64,000 nt of DNA, taken from contig RSEE01000093.1 of assembly GCA_003971905.1 (NCBI GenBank), forward strand, positions 1 to 64,000, read 5' to 3'. This DNA is from Moniliella sp. 'wahieum' (Eukaryota). Of the stretch, positions 1 to 12,543 are shown in pieces. Each line of letters opens with the position of its first letter. Positions within the stretch are counted from its first letter, which is position 1. The position numbers were made by a program, and so were the translations under genes. The notes beneath the pieces were generated by a model. That model was given only the letters and a program-made list of their open reading frames with translations. It was not told the origin of the DNA and made no database searches.

Positions 1-516
1 TTACCGCATTCGTTGCAGATGTCTTTGTGCGTGTATGGGTATTACGCATGAGGCTCATTGACTCATCAACGCCCGCCTTGGCCAAGCTGCACCTGCCCCC
101 TGGTCGTGGGCGTGTAGTTTTGCCGGCCAGCGTAGGACGCCTTTTTGTGCTGTGCACAACTGCCACCCCACGTCCCAAAACCTCCCCGATGTACTTTGGT
201 TGGCTCTGATAAGGTTCCACCACTAATCGTACCTCGTTATGACTAGTCTGGAGGTCATCGTAGTTCGCTTTTGTTCCCCATATTTCCCAACAGGTGGCAG
301 AGGCAAACGGTCGGTAGCCTCAGATCCTTGACAGGATACGGTCCATGGGAGTATGCAGAGATGAATTGCATGGGTCGAGCCCCTGCCTCGCCCATACAGA
401 GCGGGCAGGGACGGTATCAGACAAAATGGAGCAGACAAAAGGGAGCTTGTACGAAGAGCAATGGTGACGGCCGCCCAGGAGGCGAGGCGCAACAGAACAG
501 AATGTTGCGCACCTAG
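1..516 (+). CDS. Possible 3' end of an unidentified convergent gene (partial, frameshifted)
   Basis: Open frames 1-209 (..ADVFVRVWVLRMRL..PMYFGW) and 271-516, with a possible GTACCT..CAACAG intron near 229-292. The TAG at 514-516 abuts the probable HMG1 stop. No family recognised. Confidence 0.25.
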
Positions 517-517
517 A

Positions 518-3500
518 TTACCGGCCCGATCCTTCGCCTTGGTCATACGAATACTGGGCGCGACCAAGGGTGTCATCGTCGCCGCAATTCGACCTGGGTT
601 GGGACTTACATGGCCCGGCGTGGGCGCAGCGGAAGCAGGGGTGGAGCGATTGTGAGCCATGTGGGCCTTGATCAGATGTCCGCCGCGAGGGCTGACATGA
701 GCGATAGTTCCCCTGCCATCACCGCGGAGGCAATGATGGCGGCGAGCCGTTGAGCGTTGGCGCCTGGCGTGGAAGGGTGCGGCCCAGCAATGCCCAGCAG
801 CTCGAGCATCGACCTCTGTGGGTCCAGCACCGTCCCCCCGCCCACCGTTCCCACTTCGATGGAGGGCATGGAAACCGAGATGCGCAAGTCCCCCTCGGGC
901 GTGGCCTCCATCAAGGTCATGCAGTTGCTCGACTCGACGTTCTGCGCAGGATCTTGCCCCGTGGCAAGGTAGATGGCAGTAAGAATGTTGGCGGCATGGG
1001 CATTGAAGCCGCCAATGGAGCCGGCCATGGCCGAGCCAATCAAGTTCTTCTTCAGGTTCAAATCCACCAAAGCGGCAACCGAGGTCTTGAGCACCGAGCT
1101 CACCACTTTGTTGGGTACCACCGCTTCGGCCACCACCGATTTGCCCCGACCTTCAATCCAATTGATCGCAGCGGGCTTCTTGTCCGTACAGTAGTTACCC
1201 GATAGGCCAGAACCTTCATGGAGGGGAAGTGCTCGGTGGCCATCAATGTCAGCGCACGCTCAACCCCTTGGAAATCATGTTCATGCCCATCGCATCCCCG
1301 TCGAGGTGGCAAAGCGAATAAACAGGGTTCGACCCGCTAGCGCGGTGCGCAAACTGGCCAGTCGGGCAAAGCGGGAAGTCGAGTCAAAGGCAGCCTTGAT
1401 CGTCGCCGCACCAGTGGTGGAATCGATCCATCTCTTAGCCTGCGCCGCTTCGGCCGCAGTGGGGAAATCGACGCGGGGCCGCGCGTCATGGCGTCTTGCG
1501 TCAACACGGTTGTCACGCCCCTCCCGCATTCAGCGCCTTGCACCCACGCGAAGTGGATGCAACCAGAGTACCTTCCGTCGTGGCCATCGGGATTGGCGTA
1601 AGTTGGCCGTCAATGGTAAGAGGACCCGCAATGCCGAGCGGCAAAGGAAGGTAGCCCACAACATTTTCACAGCATGCGCCCATCACTTGCGCATAGTTAT
1701 AGTTCTTAAATGGCAACTTGCCCGTCTCCAGCGTTTTGGTCAAGCTGGCACGCGAAACAAGCGCACGGCGGACACGAACAGCACGCTCGGGGTCTTGAAG
1801 TACCTTCTCCAACGCGTAAGCAGGAATCTTTCCCCGCTGGGCAAGTAACACTACTTCCTCGTCCGCAAGGTAGAGCACACCGGCGCCATTGTCGTACACC
1901 TCCAATACTTCCTCGAACGAACGGATCTGCGAAGCGTCCACGCCCGCCGTGGGAGGTGTAGGATCTTCTCCCTCCGGCACAATCAGCGCAGGGGGAGGCG
2001 GCATAAATGTCACCGTGGGAGCGGAGGGCGGGGAAGGTTGGCATTGGATGAGTTGGAACGGGACGATTTGGCGATGCGGGACTCGGCTTCATCCAAATGA
2101 GCGCCCAGCATACGAGCAGCGGCAAAAGCAGCGGCACCCATAGCGTTACCTCGGGCAATAGCTGCGTTGCCTTGAGCAATGCCTCGGAGCAGGTACGCGT
2201 TGAGAAAGATGCTCACTGCCATCGCGATCGAAAGCCACTTGGAAATAAGAGGGTCACCAACAATTGAGGTCCATTCAGTCATCAGGCTACCCAAGACCTC
2301 TAGCGACTGGTGGCGCGAAAGCAAGCCTGTCGATCCGCGCGAGCTGTTAGTCGAGAAGGAAGGATGAACTGAATGAGTTGCCGAGGACGATGAGGCGATC
2401 GACACTGACGTCAGGGAGGGGAATTGCTGCTCATATGCCTCGGCCAATGTCTTGGCAAGTTCAGCTTTCTCGTCCGACACCTGGTTGGTCAGGGAGTAAT
2501 CGATCACCGAAAGGAAAACCGGGTCATGGATCTGCAAGCGGGCGCCAGTGGGATGGGAACGAGCAAACCGCTCGAGCGCTGGCGCAAGTGCCGGCGAGGA
2601 AGGGGTTAAGGACAAGTTGAACTGTGTCGCTGACGAAGTAGCTGGTACGGATCGTTCACGGTAGCGCTCGGGGACGCGAAGGTAGAGGCAACTTCGGACG
2701 TGGCAGCACGCAAGTAGCGAGTGCGAGAAGCCTGCGTTGTCATGGTACCAAGTAGGTTGAGGCTGTGTAGCGTGATGAAGGAAGCAATCAACAAGATTTT
2801 GAGCCGGCCCACTGGGTTATTTTTAGAGTTGGAGCCAACCAGGCGGTGCCAGAGCCCACGGACCCGACGGGACCGAGAATGCTGCCGGTGACGCAGCTGG
2901 GCTGACAGCCCAGCCAAAGGAGGGGCAGGCATAGTTGAAGGAGTGATCGAGATGGAAGATACACGACTGCTTACTGCGCTATCGGCACCCTTGATTGTAG
3001 GGGTAACCGAGCCGGACGTCGTAGCGCTTGCTACGCCGCCGCTGGGGCGCGGCTTCCTTGTTAACGGCCGATGCGGCTGGGAGGGAAGCGTGGCGGCGCT
3101 TACGCAAGATCCGGATCCGCAGTACCTCAACAATAACGGTCAGGATGCCAGTGTAAAACGTGTGGAGAAGAATGGCATCGAAGAACAGGATCAGTGCCGC
3201 GAGCTGGCAAAATTCATGCAGGCCACTAGGAGCAATGCACGAGCCCGCAAGCAGCAAGGCCAACTCGATCGCATAGTCACGAACGATTTCTTGGCCAACA
3301 CTGTCATATGCACCCACCAACACGTCACGGGCAGCCAGCGGACGGGGAAGCTCCCACTCGAGATCGGGATTTTCGCGCAAGCGGGCAGTGAGGGCCCGAA
3401 CAAAGGCATCCTCATTCGACTTGGGTGTATCGGCGGAGTTCCCATTGAGGGCCGGCTTTCCCTCGCTAGCTCCTACCGAACGCGAAGGTGGCTTCAACAT

Positions 3501-4568
3501 CTAGAAGAACGTTGGGACCCTCGTGCAGGTGGGACGATGGAGCAAAAGCGGGGTGAGTGAAGACAGCCTTGGTCAATTTATAGTGTTTGTCAAACCCGAC
3601 AGTCACGACCAAAAATGGGAGAGCTTCGCTCAGTGGGACTGGGTCGATGTGCACACCAAGGTAGTGGGCCGAGACGAGAGCAAAAATAAATGCACAAGTG
3701 CACGAAATCAAAACCGATGCACCTGAACAATACCGAACGTTAGTCAGCTCGCCGACGAGGCGGAGACAGAGAAGAGGGCAACGTACCAAGCCAGAAGTGG
3801 AAGCCAAAGCGGCGCATCGATAAGAAAAGATTGACAAAGGTGGCATGCATAAAGATGTAGACACAAAGCATGAGAAAGATATCGGCAGAATCGGCGGCTC
3901 GGATCAGGTGGCCAAAGCGAGCGAAGAGAGCGCGAGAGGCGTAAGCGACCAAGCGAATCGAGTCAGCCTGGACTGTTACGGCCGATGAGCGAAGCTGCTG
4001 CAGGGTGCGCCCTGCGCGTGTCCATGTAGTAGGGGACATTGCAGGGACAATGCGCCAGGTGTCGAAGGGAGTGATACGTTGGACGGGGTAGCGAGCTGCT
4101 GCAGAAGCTCCGTTTCTTGAGCAGAGTCGGCCGAGGCAAACGAGGGGTCCAAGCCACCACAGGGGGCTACCCGGCAGGACATAGGGCGTAGACAGGGAAG
4201 GCGGAAGGATGTTGGGCAGCGAACGACTGGGCGAGTTGAAGAAGGCTGGGTGCTGGAGCCTGCTGGGGCAGGGTGCCGATCGTGTCGACCCAGAAGACAG
4301 GACGCACCGCAGCGTCCGCAGAGGCGCTGGCGCCAGCACGTGACCAGCCAGAGGCCGAGTGTGTCCACACAGTGGGTGGCGCGAAGGAGGGGGCGGGCAG
4401 GCCGGCGGAGGCAGCCACGGCGTCGATCCAATGGGAGCGCGACAAGGCGAAGAGGAGGGAGAAGTAGGCGAGTGTTGCGACGATGGCAACGACGACGATG
4501 CTCTCGATGGGCGTGCGGGTGGCCTGCCGGAGCAGGGCACGCGTCACACGCACCACGGGCGACAGCAT
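518..4568 (-). CDS. HMG1: 3-hydroxy-3-methylglutaryl-CoA reductase (class I, membrane-bound, sterol-sensing domain)
   Basis: N-terminal HPIH-like segment ([19 protein letters not shown]) and SSD segments ([31 protein letters not shown]). Catalytic motifs [46 protein letters not shown] and the HMAHNRS tail. Intron 3723-3786 (GTACGT..CTGACTAAC..CAG). Many frameshifts; the stop is either TAA at 518-520 or the ORF end at 223. Confidence 0.97.
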
Positions 4569-4783
4569 GAGAGACGAAGCGCTCGAGGGCGACGGTGGAT
4601 GCGGAGGCGAAGACCGCGACGAAAACGACGATGAAGACGCAAACGAAGACGAAGGAGATGGGCGATGGAGGGACTGTGGGCTGCGTTGGATGCAGATGGG
4701 CAGCGGTAGCTAGCTAGTGCACCCTGCCTGCCGATCACCAGGCCGCTCGGGGGCAGTGTAAGGGCGGAGCGGCTGCAGTGCTG

Positions 4784-4812
4784 CGTCACGCGTCACATGT
4801 CACATGTCACAG
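4784..4812. repeat. 7-bp phased TCA array in the HMG1/RPL4 divergent intergenic region
   Basis: CG-TCA-CGCG-TCA-CATG-TCA-CATG-TCA, with TCA at 4786, 4793, 4800 and 4807. Confidence 0.85.
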
Positions 4813-5861
4813 CAGACTGCAGCCGGCGCTTCCGCTCCGGGTGGCGCCGTGGCCGGTGGCAACCGGGCGCAGCCAGGGCCGCCAGCCCATGCCACGTCTG
4901 CGCTCCCGCCGCAGCAGAGCGGCGCCACGCAGCGTGTCTGCGCGGCTCCCCCACACTCGCCTCATGCTACCCCGCCCGGTGCCTGCCGGACGCTCCACAT
5001 GCTGCACCAGAGCAGCGCCACCCTTCAGCTAAACCACGCTATATATGCCTGCCATCCATGTCCAGGCCATGCCCTCCTACACCGGCGACAATCCACCCGC
5101 ACACCGTCTCTTTCTCGCAGGTGCGTCCACGCAGTGCTGCCGACGGCGAAATGATGCATCACGGGCTTTGAACCAACATCGCCTTTGCTAGCCACAGCTC
5201 CTCTGCGTCCGGTCCACAGATCCGTCGTTGACGCAGCAGTGCTCACCAAAAAGATAAGAATGAGGTCCTGACAGGCGAAATAGATGAGTCAGTGCATGCG
5301 ACGCTTGTTGGGTAGTTGAGCTTTTCGGAACCTCCAGGCTACATCAGGCACAACACTCTGCCCGATCCGTCCGTTACAGCCACGGTAAAAGAGCCAGAAG
5401 GAGACGTTGGGAGCTGGGACGGCTGGCTGCATCATCCAACTGGAGGATTCACCGGGAATGGGAGCAGCGAGCTGGTTTCCCTCCACCTCGTCCACAGGTG
5501 CCAGGCTACAAATCATACGCCACATATGGAACGAAAGTTGAGCGAAGCAGGCTGAGGTGCCCATGCGGGGAAGCCAGCCATGTGGAGGTTGTGATTGATA
5601 TTGAGCGCCAATGGCAAATCACCGTGTGCGTAATCATTAATCACCGAGCCAGCATGGGAGGGCATCAATATTCACTAGGGTTGTTCCCTGGGCGCAATGC
5701 GATTTCCGCAGCGCCAGCACTGCCGCAGTTACTTTCGCAGTGTAGGCACGGCGCCGGTGTCCGACGCGGCTGCCCCGCCGAACGGCCGCTGGTGGCCGGG
5801 GGGGTGGCAGCTGGCAGCGTCGGTGACGGCCTCGCCACCAAGCAGCACCTTCTCCAACATC

Positions 5862-6985
5862 ATGGCCTCGCGTGCGACTGTCAGTGTCCGCGCTGCTGAC
5901 GGCAGTGCCAGCGGCGCAAGCCTGCCGCTGCCCGCCGTTCTCACCGCTCCGATCCGCTCCGACGTGGTGCAGATTACTTACACCCAGGTGGCCAAGAACA
6001 AGCGCCAACCCTACGCCGTTTCCACCAAGGCTGGCCACCAGACCTCGGCCGAGTCGTGGGGCACCGGCCGTGCTCTGGCCCGTATCCCTCGTGTGGGCGG
6101 CTCGGGCACCCACCGTGCTGGCCAGGCTGCGTTCGGTAACATGGCCCGTGGCGGTCACATGTTCGCTCCCACCAAGGTGTGGCGCCGCTGGTGGGTGAAG
6201 ACGAACCAGAACCAGAAGCGTGTTGCGACTGCTTCGGCTCTGGCTGCGACCGCCGTGCCGTCCCTCGTTCTCGCCCGCGGCCACCGCGTTGAGCAGGTTG
6301 CCGAGGTCCCCTCGTTGTCCCCACCGAGGTCGAGTCCTACTCGAAGACCAAGGAGGCGGTTGCCCTCCTCAAGGCGCTCAACGCCTACGACGATGTGCTC
6401 AAGGTGTCCAACTCGCGCAAGATCCGCGCTGGCCAGGGCAAGCTGCGCAACCGTCGTCACGTGCAGCGCCGCGGCCCCCTCGTTGTGTACAACGAGGACA
6501 AGGGCATCTACCGCGCTTTCCGCAACCTGCCCGGTGTGGAGCTCGTGTCGGTTCACCGCCTTAACCTCCTCCAGCTCGCGCCCGGTGGTCACCTTGGCCG
6601 CTTTGTGATCTGGACCGAGGCCGCCTTCAAGCAGCTCGACTCGATCTTTGGCACCTACGATGCTGCCTCGGCGCAGAAGAAGGGCTTCGTCCTTCCCCGC
6701 GCCAAGATTACCAACACGGACGTGTCGCGTCTGCTAGCTTCGGAGGAGATCCAGGCTGTGCTTCGTCCGGCTGGCCCCAAGGCGACCAAGCGCCCCTTCA
6801 CCCAGAAGAAGAACCCGCTACGCAACAAGTTCGTCATGGACCGTCTTAACCCGTACGCCAAGGTGCAGCGCAAGATCGAGGCTGACGTCCGCGCCGCCAA
6901 GGCTGCTGGCACCTACAAGCCCGCTGCCAAGCCGGCCAAGCTGGCGCTCAACCCCAAGTTCCTTGAGTTCCTCCACGCTCCTTAA
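5862..6985 (+). CDS. RPL4: 60S ribosomal protein L4 (uL4)
   Basis: MASRATVSV.., [72 protein letters not shown]. One frameshift near 6315; strong codon bias. Confidence 0.98.
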
Positions 6986-7397
6986 ATAGTCCCTGTGGTC
7001 TATTGATGCTCGTGGTGGGGTGTCTCATGGAATGATGGGACAACCTGTGCCTCCCTTGTCTGTTGGATGATCGGCTGGCGCACATGCCCATGGCCCTGGT
7101 GAGGCGATAATCAAGGCCTGAGCACATGCACATGCATATGTTGCACTCCCCCCAAAATTGTCCCGACTTGGCTGTTCAGGGGCGTTGGCCACCCTTCTCT
7201 CGTGCCCATCCATAGACCCATACGTAACTTGCTGAGTGCGAGTGTTAGTGCAGCTTGAAGGAAGCTCGTAGTGGCACACAGCCCTGGCCCATCCGGCACC
7301 ATTACATAATAGCCCGTACTGTCTTACCGGTTACCGATGGATATTGGATTGTCTTGTTCTTCTGACCGGCAGCCCCACCTTCACTTCCATCACGGTC

Positions 7398-8354
7398 ATG
7401 GCTTCGGCGTCCAACTTTGACACGTGGCGGGACGCCTGTATCGGTATATTACAGCGCCCATGCCGCTCCAAGCCCATCTCAGTACCCATCACCTCCCTCC
7501 CCACCATCCTCTCCCGCACCGATGTGGTCGAAACCAACACCAGTGATGCGCCGCCATGGCCACCCCGGAAGAGGTCGAGGACTGGAGCAAGCATGTCGAA
7601 ACCGAAGAGGAGTTTCAGCGAAGAATCCAGGTAGAGAAGTGGGGCGCGTCCCTTTTGGCCAATAGTTCGTTTGTATCCGATTGTGTTTGTGTTTTTCGTC
7701 TCATCCGTTCTGACTTGACGGCATGGGTGCTCCCGACTCGTCCCGCCCCCGCACTGCGCTGAAACCAAGCCCGATGATCGTTTCATGACCAAGCATCTTG
7801 CCGTGATTGGTTGCAACCCATTGGATGAAGCCGATGTGTCCCCATCCGCCATGCCCAAGATTGCCGTCGGTCCGTGCCCACCCACAATTGCCGGTGGCTT
7901 TTCTCCCGCCCCGAGGGGCATCCCCCCAGTGAGAGCGGTATCTTGATCTGCAGCAACCGGATTCAGACGAAGAAACACCTCGAAGACACGCTGGCGCACG
8001 AAATGGTGCACTGGTGGGACAACTGTCGCTTCAAGGTGGACTGGTCCGATCTACGTCAGCATGCCTGCTCAGAAGTACGGGCGGCGTCCTTGTCGGGCGA
8101 CTGTCGTTGGGGCCGAGAAATGCGTCGGTTACACTTTGGTGTGATGAAACAGCACCAAGAATGTGCACGTCGCCGCGCTGTGCTGTCGATCATGGGAAAT
8201 CCGGCGTGCAAGGGCGAGGACCACGCCAAGGAAATTGTGAATGATGTCTTTCAAAGTTGCTTTAACGACACGCGGCCCTTTGAGGAGGTTCGTTCCACCC
8301 TGACATTGGCTCTTCCTCTCTGTACTGACCACCGCGTTTGCCTAGATCTACTGA
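7398..8354 (+). CDS. ATP23: Mitochondrial inner membrane protease Atp23 (peptidase M76)
   Basis: HLEDTLAHEMVHWWD (HExxH), DLRQHACSEVRAASLSGDC, QHQECARRRAVLS, CFNDTRPFEE|IY*. Introns at about 7665-7769 and 8288-8345, both with GTTCGT donors. Confidence 0.95.
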
Positions 8355-8494
8355 ACGCGTGTCTGCTATACCATCCCATCTACACTGTTCGAGAGTCAAG
8401 ACTAATACAAAAGGTATCGACCCTACACGATACAACAACCGAAACCAACAGACCCTAGTCCAGTGATCCCCGAGTGGGTGGCAACGAAATGTGA

Positions 8495-11400
8495 TCATGC
8501 CGTAGGCTCTTCCGGCTCTGGTGGTCGGGGAGGCGGTATACCACCACCTTCGACAGCCAACAAATCGTCCAACATTTTGGAGTGCTTCTTGGTTCGCTCC
8601 ATCTCCTCGCGTGTTCGACGAATCTGGTGCTTAAGCTCCTTCTTGTAGTCAGAGGCCATTTTTCCGTCCCTTTGTGCGCTGCTCCAGAGGAAGGACGGGA
8701 AGAGCTTTGCTCAACTTGCGACTCAAGTTCCTTTACCCCTCTTTCCACTTGGCTTCTTCGTGCTCGTGACGGACCTGAGCTTCCTTCATCCGGTCTTCAG
8801 TCTCAGCCAGCTGGTGCTTTGCAACGGTCAACATGCTTTCCAAACTAGCTGGAGTGGTGGGCGATGAGTCGTATTCGGGCTTAACACTCGTCCCATCGTC
8901 GCCATTCTCTGGGCCGACTTCATTGACCCGATTTGGATCTGCAGCTCGTTGTTAGCCGAGCGGAGAGCGTCCAGCTCAGCCTGTTTGGCTGCGATACGGT
9001 TGTGCCACAGACTCGTTTGTCCTTAATCATCTCGATGGATGTCTAGCTGGTTGATCCGTGCAGTATTTGCGTCTTTTGCCGATGTACCGTACTGGAGAAC
9101 CGAAAAAGAGAAAACGAGTGAGAATCGAATGTAAGCAGGTGAGACCGAGTATATACCTTGGGGGGAGGGAGCCCTACCTAAAACGATCTGTGATATTATC
9201 CTCGATACCCTTGATGCGTTGTTCGAACTGTACACGTATCTCGCTCACACTCTTCAGAAGAGTCATGATGCGCTCATTTAAGACGGGAAGTTGGTAAATG
9301 CGTCGTCCTCGTGTGCATGCTGGCTCCATTCCGCGGGCCCCATGACACGACCCAGTTGCTGGTAGATGTGCATCAGCAACACATCGCGTTCCTTGAGCTG
9401 CTGGGCAACTTGTTCACTGATTCGGCGTTGGTTACGCGTCTCATCTGCCCGAACTGTTTCCACACTTTCCAGTTTGGCCTGAGCCCGTCCGAATTCTTCT
9501 TGTGCCTTCAACAAGGCCCGGCTTTGCACGTCGAACCGTTCCGAGAAGCCTTTGCTCACTTGCTCTTCCGCCGACAATTTACCTGCAAGTTCACAAAGCT
9601 TGGCCTTCTGCACGCACAAAGAGAGTTAAAGAGAATAGATCAGTGAGATGCCACTCCCCGATCCAGTAAAGAAAAGAGAGAGAAGAAAGAAGCGTACCGC
9701 TTGGGTCCAACCTAGGTCTTTCTCCTTCACCAAGTCAGACTTCCGTTCCACTTCCTTGGTGCATTTCTCCAGCTCGCGCTCAAGCTCTGCAATTTTACTC
9801 TGGAGGCGATCGATCTCAAGATCCAACATGTGCTTCTCGGCGGCAAACGATTCTACATTGTGTGCTTGCAGCACTGCGAGTTCGGCTTGAAGCTGGTCCT
9901 GAACCTGTTGCTGCATCCGTGACTTGAGCTCCTCTAGCGCTTTGTCCAGCAATCTGCACTCATGCTCTTTTTCGACTGCTTTGACTCGATATTCGTCCTC
10001 ACGTGCCTACGACTCGGCCTTGTATTCTTGCTTCTGGGCAGCGGCACGCTGCTCACTGCCGAGACGCTCAATCGCAGTGGCCAAATCAGCTTTGACTGTA
10101 CTCAACTCGGCACGCGTCTTCTGGCCGTTTCAGCTTGGGCTTCCTCTTCGGCTTGATGTATCTCAATCTTGTTGTTGCTCTCGACCAAGCGATTGTCGAG
10201 GGTCGCATTGTTCTCTTGGGCAGTAGCGAGTCTAGCTCGGAGCGATTCGTTGAATAGCTCCGCTGATTGAACTTGGCCTGGGCCCCCCTCAACTCATGTT
10301 GCAGTCGCTCGATCTCTTCCCCTTGAGCATGGAGGCGAGCATCACGATCTTCAATCCAGATTTCCAGTTTTTGCACTTGCCCCGACCTCTCGGCCATTTG
10401 ACGGCTCGCCGTATCAAGGTCGATATCACGGTTGACCAGCTGGTCTTGCAGATGCTTGGCTTGGTTTTCCCAGTGAGCCGCCTCTGTCTCTGATTTTCTC
10501 AACTTTGTTTCCAGCATCTTCACCTCTTCTTCTTGCGCAAGTTGAAAGGCACGCGCCAGTTCAATGTCATTGTTGGCCTTGCGTTGATTATCCTCGATAG
10601 AAAACAAAAGTTGATCCCTGTACTGGTCCTTCTGCTCGCATTGGCGACGTAACCTTATGACTTCGTCATGCTCCCACTTGACTTGTTCCTCCGCCTTGAT
10701 CCGGAGTGTGTGAGCAACGTTCAGCTCGGTTCGCAATTGATCATAGGCTTCGTCGAATTGGGAAAGACGGGCTTGAATTAACATCAGCAGATGATCGCTG
10801 TTCTGTTGCTCTGAGCTCCAAGGCAGCAAGTCGTTCCTTCAACTCTTTATTTTGTTGGTTCAACAGGTCCTCTTGTTCCTCCCACCGACTCTGCAACGCC
10901 AACGCGAGTTCACGTTCCAGTTCCCCAACTTGAGCACGGGGGGCCTCTTCAATCTCCTGGTTGTGTTGCCGTGTCAAGTCTGATGAGGATTGTCTCTTAT
11001 CCAAGCGGCAATTCGTGTCAGCCAGTTTGAGAGAGAGTTGATCCCGCTCCGCCTTGATCTGGGAAAGCTCCTTGGCATGCTCTTTCTTGAGTTGGTCCAA
11101 CAATTCCTGCGAATAAGAATCAACGAGAGAGAATTATTAAAAACGAGAACCAACAGGTTGATTAAAGAGATATAATAACTGAGAAAAGTATATGATAGTA
11201 ATCAGGGAAAGAAGTGAGAAACACGTACCTCCTGTTGTTCTGGGGACTGGTGGGCCTTCGGCTTATCGCGTTCGGTCTTAAGGCACTTGATCTGACGATC
11301 ACATAATGATATACTCTTTTCATTTTCTCGTTCTGATTGCGCAGCTTGGCAATATTGTTCTGTGCCTCAATGAGCTGGATGACCACTTTCGGCTGTTCTT

Positions 11401-12086
11401 TATTGTTGCTCAGTTGGCTGCGCAAGTGGAAAACCTCGCGCTTCAGATCACTATTTTGATTCCTCAGGGCTTCGATGTATCCCTCAGTTCTCTTGAGACT
11501 CAAACCGTTGGTTGATTTGTGAGGCCGAAGAGCGTCCAGACATTGGGACTCATCCAGCGAACTGTCATTCGGGGGATCTCGGCCGTTAGTGACGAGTAAA
11601 ACGTGTTGAGAGATGAAGAGGATTCAGAGTCTTGGGCCACAAGCTGGCGTTGGACGTTAGACAATCCCGTCTCGACCACTAATGTATGCGTGCCACTATC
11701 CCCTTCGATCACGCCTGGAAGGGTGAATGGTAACTTGGAAGCCATATTGCCTTCGTCGGTGGTGAGGCTGTGCTGATGGTGTGGATTTTCGCGTGAACCG
11801 TCCACGCTAATGGTAGGCGACAGAAGTGGTAATTGATTAGGAATTGGGGCGGGGCGTGAAGACGAGGGGTGCGTTCATTGGTCTCGACGAGGAGACAGCG
11901 AGTGGGGGTACCATCACCAATCTGGGTGTCGGTAACGTCAGAAGGAAGGGGGGATTCTGCCTCCTGGCATGGGACGGTCGTGGTGATGGCAATACGACTG
12001 CCAGGGGGGGTGCCCAAGTTGCTTGATGCACAGTGGCTGTGCTCCGCGTCGGCGTGGTCCGCCGAAACCAGGACAGGGGAGGGCAT
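8495..12086 (-). CDS. Long coiled-coil MTOC/spindle pole body protein, Mto1/ApsB/Pcp1-like (centrosomin CM1 motif)
   Basis: CM1-like SLKRTEGYIEALRNQNSDLKREVFHLRSQL at about 11410-11500, followed by about 2.5 kb of heptad coiled coil across frameshifted ORFs and a C-terminal VKELESQVE. Several AT-rich GTACG/GTATA introns. Probable stop after ..EPEEPTA at 8495; start uncertain. Confidence 0.75.
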
Positions 12087-12543
12087 CGGACCTGATCCAG
12101 CACACAGGGGCTCGGAGAGTGTGGTGGTGTGGGAGGACGAAGGCAGACGCACAAGCGACCGAGGAGGAAGTGGGAACTGATGTGGCCAAGAACAGCCGAG
12201 AGCGAACGCGAGCAGCGGCTATACTAATTTAACCCAAAAACACACCCAACCCTCCCACTGCAAGACAGAGCGCTGGCGTTAATGCAGCCCCGTTGCACGT
12301 GACCACAGAGATGGGTCACATATACACCTGCTGTAACCTGCTATAAAAACAGGTATGGCTACTATAGTTGTTCACTTTGAGTTCGTTTTGTTTCGCACAC
12401 ACTGCATTAAGATCAAGTCGTGATGAACATCGCAACCAACGTAAACGCTAGAGAGAAAGGAGGGGGTAATAGCGACCGGTCCAGGTGGGTAAAAAAAGAT
12501 GGGGTTGCAGCATCTCCACACATCAGCAAAAAAGAGCCGCCTC

